Shown here one piece after another: positions 44,170 to 57,880 of a stretch of 64,000 bases of DNA. The stretch spans positions 49,290,001 through 49,354,000 of the forward strand of contig CM126209.1 of assembly GCA_052327205.1 (NCBI GenBank). The letters are read 5' to 3'. The notes under the pieces are model-generated. The model had not been told where the DNA came from. It ran no database searches and worked only from the letters and a program-made list of their open reading frames with translations. Position 1 is the first letter of the stretch. Every line of letters begins with the position of its first letter. This DNA comes from Somniosus microcephalus (lineage: Eukaryota). The position numbers and the translations under genes were made by a program.

Positions 44170-44635
44170 CAACTGTGGCTCAGTGATAGCATTCTCACCT
44201 CTGAGTCAGAAGGTTGTCAGTTCATGTTCCACTCCACGGACTTGATCACAAAATCGAGGCTGTACTAAGAGAGTGCTGACCTGTCGGAGGTGCAATTTTT
44301 CAGATGAGACGTTAAACCAAGGCCCCGACTGCACTCTCAGGTGGACGTAAAAGATCCCAAAGCAATATTTTGAAGAAGAGTGGGGGAGCTCTCCCCGGTG
44401 CCCAGGCCAATATTTCTCCCTCAACCAACATCACTAAAACAGGTGATCTTGTCATTATCACATTGCTGTTTGTGGGAACGTTGCTGTGTGCAAATTGGTT
44501 GTCGCTTTCACTACGTTAAAGGCGCTATATAAATGCAAGTTGTTGGTGACTACACTTCAAAAATACTTAATTGACAGTAAAGCACTTTGGGGTACCCTGA
44601 GGTTATGAAAGGTGCTAGATAAATGCAAGTCTTTC
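44170..44635 (+). mobile_element. DeuSINE (SacSINE1/AmnSINE1-like), near full length
   Basis: tRNA head TGGCTCAGTGATAGC...GAGTCAGAAGGTTG; Deu core GATGAGACGTTAAACC...AAAAGATCCC...GAAGAAGAG...CCAATATTT; L2-like tail AAAGGTGCTAGATAAATGCAAGT. Confidence 0.85.
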
Positions 44636-46239
44636 ATCTTCTTTCTGGTGTGATATGACATTTTTTTCAACAATAGGACTGAATGGCAGAACATCTGAGT
44701 GATGTTTCCACAACATTGGTATGCAGGTCCAGTTCCTTAATTTTGAAAAAGCCATATTCCACCAACTCTACTCTATTCTGTTTATACTATGTTGGAGTGA
44801 ACCGTTGTTGTATTACTCATCCACGGACTTCGCCAGCAGTCATGTTGCAGCAGTAGAGCTGAATACTTGAGTGTTCACATGAAACACCTGGCTGATGATT
44901 AGAATGAGGACTAGTTCCATTCCAACATTCTGATACAACCACGCCATCTGAGATTCCAGTACAATTGCATATATTTGTTTTTCTGAGTAATTTCAGTGGG
45001 TTGTAATATTATTGTATGGGTTTGAAGCATATTTAAGATATTTCCTTAACAAAATCCTTACAACTCTTTTAATACAGTATGTTTTATTCTCGGATTTTCT
45101 TGACTATAATGTATATTAACTGCTCATTTTCCAACTGTGGATTATGGCTTGATAAATTTCAAGTGATACCATCACAATTTCCAAGTGTTGGGCATCATCA
45201 TGTGATAAGTACAGTACAGAACAATGACTGTCCACATGTGCTATTAAACGCGCATTGACAAAATAATGAAAGTACCCTCATGAGTTCCACGATACATTTT
45301 ATTTCCAGAGAAAAGATATGTGAGAGTGATTTCAAACCAGTATTTCACTTTTCTCATGTGTTTTATAACATAAACTGCACAACTGGATGAATTTACTCAT
45401 TCCCTGCAACTTGTTATGCTCTGTATATGGAGGACACATAACTCCCATTGGTGCTTTACAATATTTGTAAACATTGTGTTGTGATTGTATCATAGATCAC
45501 TTTTGGAAACTGAGTGTACTATTTATACAGTGTGAGTTATTCAGCTTTTCGAATTTTCATCTAAGGTAGTATTAAAGAGTAAGTATAAAAGGTAAAGCAG
45601 GAATTAACTAGCGTGAAAGATGTACTTCCTTAAGGAGTAAATGATGACGTTTTAACAATGCCATTTGTGTAATTCTGCCATGAAACGTGGATGACTAGAA
45701 CAAGGAGAGTGAATGTATGGACACTTTTTGTGTACTGGTGTAAGTCAGTTTTAAATGGTTAAGAACTGGTGAAAATCTCGCCAGAATAGCACTGTGCTAA
45801 TATCACTCAATTATCGTGGGCCATCCTATTTGCATAATTATTAAGAGCTCCAGGTATGAATTTGGACATGTGCAGGGAGCACACTAATGATGGGTGCAGG
45901 AAATTACATGTAGATGAAATTCAAAGTGATTGGGACAGTTGAACAGAAGCACCACAATGGGGAGAACAACAATTCGAAAGGCCCACAAGTTATCTCGATC
46001 CATCGAGAGACTTTACCACAGTTGAAAGGGGGATGAGGGCTAAGAAGTGACAGGCAAAAATGGAAAAGAAATCTAATGTGCAGGCATGAGTCTGCTGGCA
46101 ACCGAAAGAGCAGCCCAGCACCTGGCCCCTGTTTGATGGCTGCTAAAGTGGAGGTGGTGCTGCATGAGCTGGTTATACGGAAGGTGATCGTATTCACCAA
46201 TGCATGGTGTCATCACTACAGGTTAGAATTGGAAGGAGG

Positions 46240-46970
46240 TGGAGGACTGCAGCTGACAGTTACTGTTACTGGCTGTGTTAGCTGCAGGTGTTGTCACAGC
46301 AGATAGCAATGCTCTGCATCTGACTGTCTACTGACCAAAACTTACTTGAGGGTAATGTGGAGAGTTCCCCATGGTGGATTGTCAGGTAGGTGCAACAATG
46401 TCTGCAGATATGGTTGGTGGCGTCTTGCTGGGTGCAGCCAATCAGACTATGCTGGTGGTTGATCACCCGGGCAGGTCTTCTGAAAGCATGATTGTGGTGC
46501 TTCCGACAAATCATCCAACATTATGGCTGGTCGGGCCTTCACATATGATATGTGTGCCAACTGGCCTGCTGTCACAACCCACCTTGAGAGCTGGAACCTC
46601 TGCATGCACTAATCCTTTGCCAAAACAGAGTATGTCACCTCTCTCTGAAGATGGTGATATGGAGGTGACCACAGAATCTGGTACAGCTGGACCTGCCTGG
46701 TCTTCCATCTCCAAAAACCATAGGTTTTCTCAGTGGGAAATGGAGCTGTAGAGGGAAAAAAACAAGAGATCAATTGGCACAGAAGCTTGGGAAAGCCTAA
46801 GTGGCAACAGAAAAAAACAATCCTTAAAACAGTTGGCTGATTCTTTGTACTATGCCCTATAAATGAAGTTCCATCGACAGCTGACCCCCAGCAACCTGAT
46901 TGCCATGATATGTGGGTATGATTGTACTGTACCTGACATCCTGCAAATCCAAACATTGGAATATAGCATG
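46240..46970. repeat. Unclassified old repeat, copy 1
   Basis: Shares collinear blocks with 58150-58920, e.g. GGTGGCGTCTTGCTGGGTGCAGCCAATCAG. Confidence 0.55.
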
Positions 46971-47169
46971 CAGGACAAAGTGCAACCAGCCCTTATTTTT
47001 ATTTTTTAATAAAACACCCAGAAGCTTCCTTTTCCTGTTTTAGATGCCACTAGAAGTGTGCAAATAACAGGTTTTCATCCCTTTCTCTGGTCTATTACAT
47101 TCCTTGTAAGACAGTTTATGAGGGATAATGGATACAAAATCTATAAATCAGAGCTACATAGGAGGAAAG

Positions 47170-47668
47170 AACTTCCATTTATATAATGCTTTTCACATCT
47201 TCAAGACACACCAAAGCACTTCACAGCCAATGAATTATATTTTAAAGTGTAGTCATTCTTGTTTTGTAGGCAAGTGTGGCAGCCATTTTTGCACACAGCA
47301 AAGTTACCATGACCAGTTGATATGTTTTGTTGATGCTGGTTGAGGGATGAATGTTGGCCAGGATATCTCCAAGTGAACTCCCTGCTCTTCTTCAAAAAAG
47401 TGCAAGGGTTCTTTTACATCTAGTGCTTTCTGTGGTGCTACATGAAAGAAGGCATGTCCAGGGTGTTCAACAACGGCCATGGCTGGATTGGCTGCACCAT
47501 CCTCAGTCTAAACTCTCAGCAGAAATATGGCACCTCTAACAGGACACCTCACCCTCGGAGTTGCAGCGAGGCACCAGTCTAGATTACTGCTCAAGTCATG
47601 GGGTGGAGCTTGAGCGCACAATCTTCTGATTCAGAAGTATGAGTGCTACCACTGAACCAAGCTGACAC
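47170..47668 (-). mobile_element. DeuSINE copy (diverged)
   Basis: Reverse complement resembles the 44170 copy in head, Deu core and tail. Confidence 0.75.
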
Positions 47669-48545
47669 CTCGTGGCCTTGCTGCAGAAAAGAAGCTGATC
47701 GATTCACGTTACTCTGTGTTATTTCCTGTAAGAGCAGTGGCGAATGGGTGACAGGTGTGTAACACAACACTGTTGTTTCTTAAGTATAGAGTTCAATTAT
47801 GGAATCCTGGCTGCACAGCGCCAGGATCGCTGTACTCTGAGTGCCATTTGTGCCTGCAGGGCAAATAGCTGGTCTCAAAGTATAATGCGAGGTCAGCTAA
47901 TTTAAATGGGGGCACATGATGGAGCAAGCAGCATTACAGGACACAACCCAGCAGCCAAAATTAAAAGGATGTAGCAATTTAAAGTTAAAATAGCTTCATG
48001 AAGGAAACTTTGAATTAAAAAAAAGGTCTTTTAATATCTTTTTATATGCATCAGTCTATTCAAAGGCTGCATGGGGGCGGTGGGGGCAGGGGGAAAAGAA
48101 GTGCGAGGAGGGCCAAAAAAAGAGAGATGCCAAAAGCCATCCAATATCAAGGCATAAAATGATGTCTGTGAGTAAGTGGTGGCCTGGTATGGATCCTGAT
48201 TGCCTGTTTGATGGCTGGTGAAGTGGGCGTGCTACTGCAGGAGTTAAGTGCATCCTCCCTGCAAGGCAGCAATACACTACACTTGGCAGAAGGTGGGAGG
48301 CAGGCTGGATGTTGTCTACAGTATCTGCAGGACCCAGCAACTGATGTAGGAGGTGGCATACTATAAGGAACCTGGCAAGGTAAGCTTACCTAATAGTACC
48401 ATGTACAAGATTAACAGTACAAGTTCAAGTCGCCTTTCTACTTGGCACACATGCAGTGCTTTCCCATGCCAGGCCCTCATACAATCTTACAGCTGTTTCA
48501 TTGCATCTCATGCTTACCCACATAGATATTTGCGCTGCAAGTTAT

Positions 48546-49775
48546 AACAACAACAATAAGTTACAGTTATATAGCACCTTTAACACAGCAAAATGTCACA
48601 AGGTGTTTAGAAGCATAATCAGACCAAAATGGACACTGAGCCAAAGGAGATATTAGGAGGTGTGGTCAAAAGTTGGTCAAAGAGGTGGGTTTTAAGGCGG
48701 GTCTTAAAGCAGGAAAGGTAGGTGGCGAGGTTTACGGAGGGAATTTCAGTGCATTGGGCCTACATGGCTGAAGGCGAAGGGGGGGATGCACAACTGCCAA
48801 GAGGAACACAAAGTCCTTGGGGGTGGGGGAGGGCGGGGGGCAGGGTGGGGAGGGTTAATGGGCCGGAGAAAGTACAGAGATAGCGAGGGGAAAAGACATT
48901 AAGGGATTTAAATACAAGTAAGAGAATTTTAAATTGAAGGCATTGAGAGTCTGGGAGCCAATGTTGGTCAGCAAGGACAGGAGTGAGAGGTGAGAAGCAC
49001 TTGGCGTGGGATAGGATTGTTGGATGAGCTGATGTTTGTGGAGAGTGGAGGATGGGAGGCATTGGAATAGTCCAGTCTGGAGGTAACAAAGACATATATA
49101 ACGGTTTCAGCAGCAGATGAGCAGAGGCAGGGGCTAAAGAAGATGAAGCAGAGGTCAAAGTAGGTGGTTTTGTAATGGAGAGGATATGGGGTCAGAAGCT
49201 CATCTCGGGGTTGGATAGGACACCAAGGTTACAAATAGTCTGGCTCAACTTCAGACAGTGGCCAGGGAGAGAGATGGAATTGATGGCAAGGGTACAGAGC
49301 TTATGACAGGAGCCAAAGACAATAGCTTCGAGTGGTCGAGACAGATGGTGGAGAGGTAGAGCTGGCTGTCGCCAGCATACATGTGGAAGCTGACCCCGTT
49401 CCTTCAGATGATGTCGCTAAGGGGCAGCATATAGATGGAGGAAGAGAAAGAGCCAAGGTTAGATCCTTGGAGGACTTTGGAGGTGGAGGTGCGGGGATTA
49501 GAAGAGAAGCCATTGATGGAGATGCTCTGGCTACAATTAGATAGGGAGGAGTGGAATAAAGCAAAGGCAGTTCTACTGAGCTGGGCAACAGAAGAGAGAT
49601 GTTGTAGGAGGATGGTGTGAACAATTGTGTCAGAGACTACAGAAAGGTCGAGGAGGATGGGGGGAAATCGTGCACCATGGAAACAATCACAGTGGATATT
49701 TGATTAGAGCCATTCGTGTGCTGGCACAGGAGTGAAAACCTGATAGGAGAGATTCAAACATAGAGTTACAATGGA
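48546..49775 (-). mobile_element. L2 LINE 3' fragment
   Basis: (AAC)n tail with TATATAGCACCTTTAAC; decayed ORF2 C-terminus LTPVLADQHWLP...FKILLLVFKSL. Confidence 0.8.
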
Positions 49776-50087
49776 AAACCTTGCTACACTCACAGCTTTC
49801 AAAGGATTCACACGTTAAATCATTATAAAACAAATACAGTCACTTACTGACATGGAGGACAGGCTTCTGGTTGGGCATGGGGCAGACATCATTGACCTCT
49901 TGAACTTTGAGAAATGCAGCAGTGGTATTGCAGCACTGACACAGAGATATTGGCCTGTGTCATGCTGTTCAGCGGGAAAGGGGATGGAAGTACAGGCCAT
50001 GCTGACCAATGATCTGTGAGCAGCAGATTAGCTGATATTGCATTGCTAACCAGAAATAAGCCACAGGCATAACATTTGAGGGAAAGG

Positions 50088-50301
50088 TGTAATGTATGTA
50101 CCTTTAAGGGGGAGAACTACTTTTTACAGCTCCTGTATCCTGTAGTACCGGCAGTGATCACACCTGTATATAAACCCTGAGTAGTGATCTGTACAGTCAG
50201 TTGCAGTTTGAACCCTCATTCAGTAAACACCTGTTGATCGTTCCCTGCAGTCTGTTGTCTGATTATTGAAGGACACAACATTAAGATACACGGATATAAC
50301 A
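50088..50301 (+). repeat. 5' LTR (214 bp)
   Basis: Direct repeat of 54914-55127 with 3 substitutions by eye; contains TATATAAA and AGTAAA. Confidence 0.97.
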
Positions 50302-50885
50302 TTGGCGACGACGCAGATTTGAACCTACCTGCAACTCTGCATCACCTCCCAGGGATTCGCTCCTGGAGAACAGTGGAAGGAGGTCGAGTCCAGAAGCACG
50401 GGCGTTGACCACGGGCAACCGCCCAGTCATCCAGCGGAGATTTGAGCATCGCAGGGGAGGCTGTCGAGAGCCAGGCTTGGCTTTCCAGTCACGGTGGTCC
50501 AGTGAAACGGGCTGGCAACAGGTACTGCGCAGACCCTTCCCGGACAGCGGCGGCGAGAGCCGACCGAGCGGCACAGAAAAAGGCCGAGCAGCGTCGAAGG
50601 GGAGAGAGAGAGAGGGCAGAGCGCACAGGGCACAGCCAGTGTTCAGGACTGAGCGGCGTCAACGGGGAGAGAGACAAGAGAGAGCAGAGCGCAGCCGGTG
50701 TTCAAGGGCCGAGCAGCGTCAACGGGGGAGAGAGGCGCACAGGAAAACGCGAGGCGCCGCCATTGCCACGAGGACCACAGAGAGCGGCGTTGGCAGCAGC
50801 GCGGGAGACGCCATTTTAAGCCGCAGCGGGGAAGAAAGGATAGCGCGGGAGACGCCATTTTAATCCAGTCTAACCACACCCAAAA

Positions 50886-53800
50886 ATGCCGAAGAGTGGC
50901 AGTATCACAGCGTTCGACAATGAAGTCGAAGATTGGACGACATATGTCGAACGCATAGAAGTATACTGCAAGGCGAATGAAGTGCCAGATGACAAGAAAG
51001 CGCTGATATTGTTGAATTCAATGGGTGCAAAAATGTATGGCTTACTACGAAACCTAGTAACGAAAGGGATTTTGAAAACATAGTGTCAATCCTACAGGAC
51101 CACTTAAACCCCACACCGCTGCTGATAGCAGAAAGATTTAAGTTTCACAAAAGGAACCAGCATAAAGATGAAAGTAATGCTGAGTATTTAACGGAACTGC
51201 GCAAGCTATCGAAACACTGCCAGTTTGGAACGGGACTAGCAGATACTTTAAGGGACAAGTTTGTGTGTGGGCTTCAAAGTGAACAGAAACGGCTTCTATC
51301 AGAAAAGGATCTTACGCTGGACAAGGCTTTCAGCATTGCAGTATCACACGAAGCAGCGGCAGAGGGACGCTGCAGAGATACAACGGAGACCGCAAGAATA
51401 TGGCACAAATGAAATGTCATACGGAACAGTGAAGTGCTATCGCTGCGGCAGAACAACACACGACCATAAGGATTGCTGGTTCAAGGACAAAGTGTGCAGT
51501 GTGGAAAAGTAGGACACATAGCAAGAGTCTGCAGGTCGGGAAAGAAAACCAGCAGCAAGAAATCTCCACAGGAGAAGTACAGGAAGGTACATAAGGTGAC
51601 GGAGAGTAGTTCAGATGAACAGAAGAGTGATACAGACTCTGGAAGCAAGGAGCTAGGTTGTCTGAAACTACATAATGTGATCAAAACGGAGGATCACCAA
51701 ACTATCTGGGTCACGCTCAAGATAGCAGGAGTCCAAGTGAAAATGGAATTGGACACAGGATCAGCCCTAACAGTCATAAACCAAAGGGACTACAAGCGGC
51801 TATTCTCACATATACCCTTGAGAGATATAAAGATTGTCTTGAAGATGTACACGGGGCAAAAAGTCTACCCCAAAGGAAAAATAAGGGTGAACGTTATATA
51901 TAATGGCAAGGAAACACCAAAAATGGACCTATATGTATTGCCAGATGGAGGACCACCACTACTAGGATGTGAATGGATCCGGGAGATACAGCTAGATTGG
52001 CATTCCATACAAGCACTGACTGTAGATGCCAAAAAGGATGACGACGTCACACCTGGACGACTGTCAAAAATGCTAACTGACACACAAGAAGTGTTCCAGC
52101 AGGGACTCGGAACACTAAAAGGCATAACAGCGACGATCAAAATAGAGGAAAATGCAAGCCCAAAGTTTTTTAAGGCCAGACCTTATGCGATCCGCCCAGC
52201 CGTCGAAGCAGAGCTGGAAGGTTTGGAACGTTCAGGAGTACTGTCCAAAGTGGACTGGAGCAAGTGGGCTACACCCATCATTCCTGTAATGAAGAGGTCG
52301 TTGAGTAATACGCCTGGGGAACCAAAGAAGGTTCGCATCTGTGCGGACTTTAAGGTGACAGTGAACCCAGTCCTTCACACTGTACAATATCCGCTTCCGC
52401 GGATTGAAGATATTTTCGCCTCGCTATCTGGAGGGAAACTCTTCACTAAGATTGATCTGGCCCAGGCGTACCTGCAAATGGAGGTAGAAGAAGCCTCGAA
52501 ACAGTACCTCACGATCAACACTCATAAAGGTCTCTACCAATACAACCGGCTGGTGTTCGGGGTAGCATCAGCTCCGGCTATTGGCAAAGGGCAATGGAAC
52601 AAGTCCTGCAAGGGATTCCAGGGAGCCAGTGTTATTTGGATGACATCCTGGCCACGAGCGAAAATGACAGTGATCACCTCGCCAACCTGGAGCAGGTGCT
52701 CACTAGATTAAAGGAATATGGGCTCCGAGCTAATCGCCACAAGTGCGAGTTTTTCCAGAAGCAGATCTTGTATTGTGGCCACGTTATTGATAAAGAGGGG
52801 TTACATAAGTCCCCTGAAAAGATTGAGGCAGTAGTCAAGGCTCCAGCACCGGAAAATGTGTCACAACTGAGGTCGTTCCTCAGGCTGGTGAACTACTACC
52901 ATAAGTTCTTGCCGAATTTGTCTACCGTACTACACCCACTGAACACCCTACTGCAAACGGGGGTACCATGGAAGTGGAGTGACGAACGTAAACGAGCTTT
53001 CCAGAACAGCAAAGCATTGATCACATCAAAAGAGGTGTTGGCTCATTTCAACCCAGCACTACCAATTCGGTTGGCGTGTGATGCATCACCCTATGGCATT
53101 GGAGCGGTGCTGTTGCACAAATTCCCGGACGGCTCGGAGAGGCCAGTAGCCTTTGCGTCTCGGTCACTAACCTCAGCCGAGCGTAACTACGCCCAGATTG
53201 ACAGGGAGGCCCTCAGCCTAGTGTGGGAGTGAAAAAGTTCAATCACTATCTGCACGGGCAGAAGTTCACCTTGCTGACTGACCACCAACCACTTGTCTCC
53301 ATCTTTAACCCAAAGAAGGGCGTTCCGGTAATGACTGCGCAACGGCTACAAAGATGGTCCCTTTTTCTAGGGGCGCACCAATATGAAATCGAGTATAAGG
53401 GCACGAAACAGCATGGAAACGCTGATGGGCTATCACGCCTGCCACTGCCTACTGTGTAGGAAGCACCAGCAGTGGATACTGTCGAAATATTTCATTCGAC
53501 TATAATTGAATGCTTGCCAGTAACTAACGCTGGTATAGGGAAGGAGACCCGAAATGACCCGACACTGTCTCGGGTATATGATTTTACGGTGAAGGGATGG
53601 CCAGCACATGGCGACTCACTGTTGCCAGCATTCTCATCCAGAAGAGAACAGCTGTCTGTATGCCAGGGGACCTTGATGTGTGGATCCTGAGTGGTAATTC
53701 CACCCAAGTTAAGGGAGAGAGTGCTCAATGAGCTTCACGAAGGTCATCTGGGAGGGGTGAAAATGAAAAGCCTTGCTAGGGCTTACGTGTGGTGGCCGGG

Positions 53801-54804
53801 GATCGATCAGCAAATCGAGGACCTGACAAAGAGCTTCTCAGGATGCCAGAAGATCCAGAATGCACCACCACATGCCCCTCTACACCCATGGGAGTGGCCC
53901 TCATCTCCATGGCAATGGGTGCATATTGATTTTGCTGGTCCATTCATGGACTCAATGTTTTTAATAGCCATGGATGCGCACTCAAAATGGCCTGAGGTGA
54001 TCAAAATGTCCTTCACCACCACGGAGAAAACTATTGCAGTCCTACGGACCATTTTTGCCAGGAACGGCTTGCCAGAGCAGATTTGCTCTGATAACGGACC
54101 ACAGTTTATGACCGAAGAGTTTCGAAGATTTATGAAAAGGAATGGGGTAAGGCATTACACATCCGCCCCGTATCATCCAGCCACAAATGGATTGGCTGAG
54201 AGGTTCGTACAAACCTTTAAAAAAGCAGTAAAGGCCATGTGCGATGACGACATTCCACTGCAGCATAAGGTGGACAATTTCCTGTTAGCCTACAGAAATG
54301 CGACACATGCAGTCACCAACCAGGCCCCGGCCATGATGTACTTTAACCGAAGGTTGAGATCTCGTCTGGATTTGCTCAGACCAAATGTACAAAGAGATGT
54401 TGAGAGTAAGCAATTCCAGCACATCAATGAGAAGCTGACAAGGAGCTTCAATGTAGGGCAACCAGTCTTGGCCCGCGACTACCGAACAGAGAAATGGCAA
54501 CCAGGAACGATATGCACACAGCAGGGGCCACTAATATACACAGTGGATGTTGGGAAGAACATTGTGAGATGCCATGCTGACCAGATCCTAGTCACAGGAA
54601 CGAGTCAACCCCATGTCTCGGCCATACGTACCTGGTGAGGAACCCGATGTACAGGTCGCATCTACCTCAGAAACAATAGCATTGGAAGCTGATGAATCAA
54701 CTGACGACAGGGTGTTAGAATTGCCTCCGCACCAAGAGCGAGACACTCGGGAAAGGCGTTATCCAGAAAGAATCAGGAAGCCTCCCCAAAGACTGAATTT
54801 ATAA
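50886..54804 (+). pseudogene. Disrupted gag-pol polyprotein
   Basis: gag DWTTYVERIE; CCHC knuckles CYRCGRTTHDHKDC and QCGKVGHIARVC; protease ELDTGS; RT YLDD; RNase H LACDAS; integrase HEGH, HIDFAG, SDNGPQF, LAERF; split into about 9 ORF pieces by frameshifts and stops. Confidence 0.93.
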
Positions 54805-54913
54805 ATAGACTATTTTCAGTTAATGTTGCATGTTAAAAGTGTTAATTGTAATTAGTTTGATATTTAATTGTTAAATGAGTGTTATGGTACTGTTAATCTA
54901 AAAGGGGAGGAAT

Positions 54914-55127
54914 TGTAATGTATGTACCTTTAAGGGGGAGAACTACTTTTTACAGCTCCTGTATCCTGTAGTACCGGCAGTGACCACACCTCTATATAAA
55001 CCCTGAGTAGCGATCTGTACAGTCAGTTGCAGTTTGAACCCTCATTCAGTAAACACCTGTTGATCGTTCCCTGCAGTCTGTTGTCTGATTATTGAAGGAC
55101 ACAACATTAAGATACACGGATATAACA
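54914..55127 (+). repeat. 3' LTR (214 bp)
   Basis: Direct repeat of 50088-50301. Confidence 0.97.
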
Positions 55128-56680
55128 AAAGGTATCCATATTTTGTAATTTGCCTGCAGGTGTGTTGGCTGCAGATGCTAAAGCTCTACAATTGACAACC
55201 CTCTGACCCACAGGAAGTATCAACAGTTGGCTTCAGCCATTGACAGGTAAACATGTCAAGGTCTGCACATATAGTCGGCGCTCTGTTGACCTCTAGCATC
55301 CTTCTTTTATCTTGTGTCACCTAACCCATGAAGTACTTTATTTGAGGCACTTTAAAAACAAACTTACATGAGGAGTTTAAAAAAAAATACCCTCCAAAAA
55401 TTTCTGAAATAAATATGAAAAATTGAAGTATCAAAAATACAGTGCAAGATTCTGTAATAGCAGCAATATTGTAATAACATATACCGAAAACAATACAAAA
55501 CTTTTACCACTTGAAGAATTCTCATGCCCATGGAACTTCCATTGCTCCTATTCCAAATGGACACAGAAGGAAAAAAATCACGGAGCCAGCACGAATACTG
55601 CATTATGGTGCTATGTGCTCTTTTTGAGTATTTTTGCATGAAAATATTATATTGGAGCAAAGGAGTGCTTTATCAGCCCCATTGTGCTCATAGCAGTGTT
55701 ACACCATCAGTGGTCACAGTTTCATGGCATAAATAGTTTAATCAGGGAGCAGTAAAATTGATTTTTTTAATAAGTATAATGACAGGCATGCAATTGTACT
55801 ACAAGGCTGTGACAAGTATGAAACTGGATTGCAAGCTCATCATATAAGTTACAAATGCACCAGTTACAGTTTTTATCATTTCTGTTTCATCTAATCAATT
55901 GGATCATTATTTAGCTTCTCATTAGGCAATCACAGATCTCTTTTATTGTGACATGACTATCACCAATGACCTTTATTTGAACTCGTAAATAATCACTTCG
56001 GAAAAGGGGTAATCATTGGTAGTAACTAAGTGGTTATTAACAGCAGTTACAGATGGAATTATTTTAGTAATCATCCCATGCAAAGGAAATGTGTTTGTGA
56101 CTGAAAGGTACTAACTGTTGTTTGTAACAGTTATCTAAATGAGTATTTTTAACTATTGTAAATTGGGCATAAAACACATTGCTCTATTTTCAGATACATT
56201 CCTAAAGAAGATGAAAGATATGAAAATATTTTAACATTCAAAATGTGTTAATGTAACAACCTTTTCTAAAAAAATGTCTACTATAGAAAGCAAGAAGGAG
56301 GCTATCTTGTTTATATTGTGATGACTTATTGAAACTTGACATGTTGTTAAAGGAAGGAGGACTGTACATGAGACTTTGATAATTACATGTAGACAAGTAA
56401 GGATGTAAAAGCCTAGATTTTCCTCTTTTGGAGTAGTTACTGTCAGAATGACTATTGGTGGGCATCATATTTCAGGATTTTTTGATCTATTTTTCCACAG
56501 AAAGTCACTTTTAAACTTTGGGTTTTTAAAACAAAGTGTATCAATACAAGTTAAAAAAGCAGAGGTAAGAAAAAAAAGAAAAAAATTGCATTTATATTGC
56601 ACCGTTCATAACCTCAGGATGTCCGAAAGCGTTTCACAGCCAATTAACTACTTCTGAAGTGCAGTCAGTGTTATAATGTA

Positions 56681-57015
56681 CCTCCCTATCTCTATAACTT
56701 CCTCCAGCCCTACAACCCTCTGAAATCGCTGCGTTCCTTCAATTTTGGCCTCTTGCACATTCCCGATTTCCTTTGCTCCACCATTGGCAGCTGTGTCGGC
56801 CCTAACCTCTGAAATTCCCTCCCTAAACCTTGCCGGCTCCCTACCTCTCTTCCCTCCGTTAAGACGCTCCTTAAAACCTACCTCTTTGACCAAGCTTTTG
56901 GTCACCTGCTCTAATATCTCCTTATATGTGGCTCGGTGTCAAACGTTTATTTGATAACACTCCTGTGAAGTGCCACGGGACATTTAAGACACTATATAAA
57001 TGCAAGTTGTTGTTG
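56681..57015 (+). mobile_element. L2 3' fragment
   Basis: Similar to the 48546 L2 end; terminates CTATATAAATGCAAGTTGTTGTTG. Confidence 0.75.
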
Positions 57016-57250
57016 TCATTGTTGTAGGGAAATGTGGCAGCTAATTGGTCCCACAAACAGGAATGAGGCAAATGACCAGATAATCTGTTTTAGTGATGTT
57101 AGTTGAGGGTTGGACAATGGGAAAACTCCCCTGCTCTTCTTCAAAAAGTACCATGGGATCTTTTATGTCCACCTGAGAGGGCAGACAGGGCCTTGGTTTA
57201 AAGTCTCATCTGAAAGACAGCACCTCCGTCAGTGCAGCACTCCCTCAGTA

Positions 57251-57880
57251 CATAAGAACATAAGAAATAGGAGCAGGAATAGGCCACTTGGCCCCTCGAG
57301 CCTGCTCCGCCATTCAATAAGATCATGGCTGATCCTGCCCGCTCCCCATAACCCTTCACTCCCTTATCTTGAAAAAATCTATCTACCTCCACGTTAAATG
57401 TATTTAATGACCCAGCCTCCACAGCTCTCTGTGGCAGAGAATTCCATAGATTTACAACCCTCTGAGAGAAGAAATTCCTCCTCATCTCAGTTCTAAAAGG
57501 GCAACCCTTTATTCTGAAACTATGCCCCCGAGTTCTAGATTTCCCCATGAGGGGAAACATCATCTCTGCATCTACCTTGTCGAGCCCTCTTATATGTTTC
57601 AATAAGATCACCTCTCATTCTTCTAAATTCCAATGAGTATAGGCCCAACCTGCTCAATCTTTCCTCATAAGTCAACCCCCTCATCTCTGGAATTAACCTA
57701 GTGAATCATCTCTGAACTGCCTCCAATGCAAGTATATCCTTCCTTAAATAAGGAGGCCAAAATGTACGCAGTACTCAAGGTGTGGTCTCACCAATACCCT
57801 GTACAGTTGTAGCAGGACTTCCCTGCTTTTATACTCCAACCCCCTTGAAATAAAGGCCAACATTCCATTGGCCTTTTTGA
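57251..57880 (-). mobile_element. CR1 3' fragment
   Basis: RGLDKVDAEMMFPL...TRGHSFRIKG...RRNFFSQRVVNLWNSLP; tail (TTCTTATG)n. Confidence 0.9.

Larger units (their letters stand above)
50088..55127 (+). mobile_element. Full-length Ty3/Gypsy LTR retrotransposon, coding region inactivated
   Basis: LTRs TGT...ACA; TSD AAAGG (50083-50087, 55128-55132); PBS TGGCGACGA after the 5' LTR; PPT AAAAGGGGAGGAA before the 3' LTR; domain order gag-PR-RT-RH-IN. Confidence 0.97.

Noticed and set aside
44170-44245. tRNA gene
   Set aside because: Degenerate A/B boxes continue into the Deu SINE body; no cloverleaf
49780-50087. Gypsy flanks as an interrupted host exon
   Set aside because: Rejoining across the TSD gave no recognisable reading frame
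50405-50958. Arg/Ala-rich ORFs in the Gypsy leader
   Set aside because: Non-ATG starts; open because of GC-rich repeats; no domain
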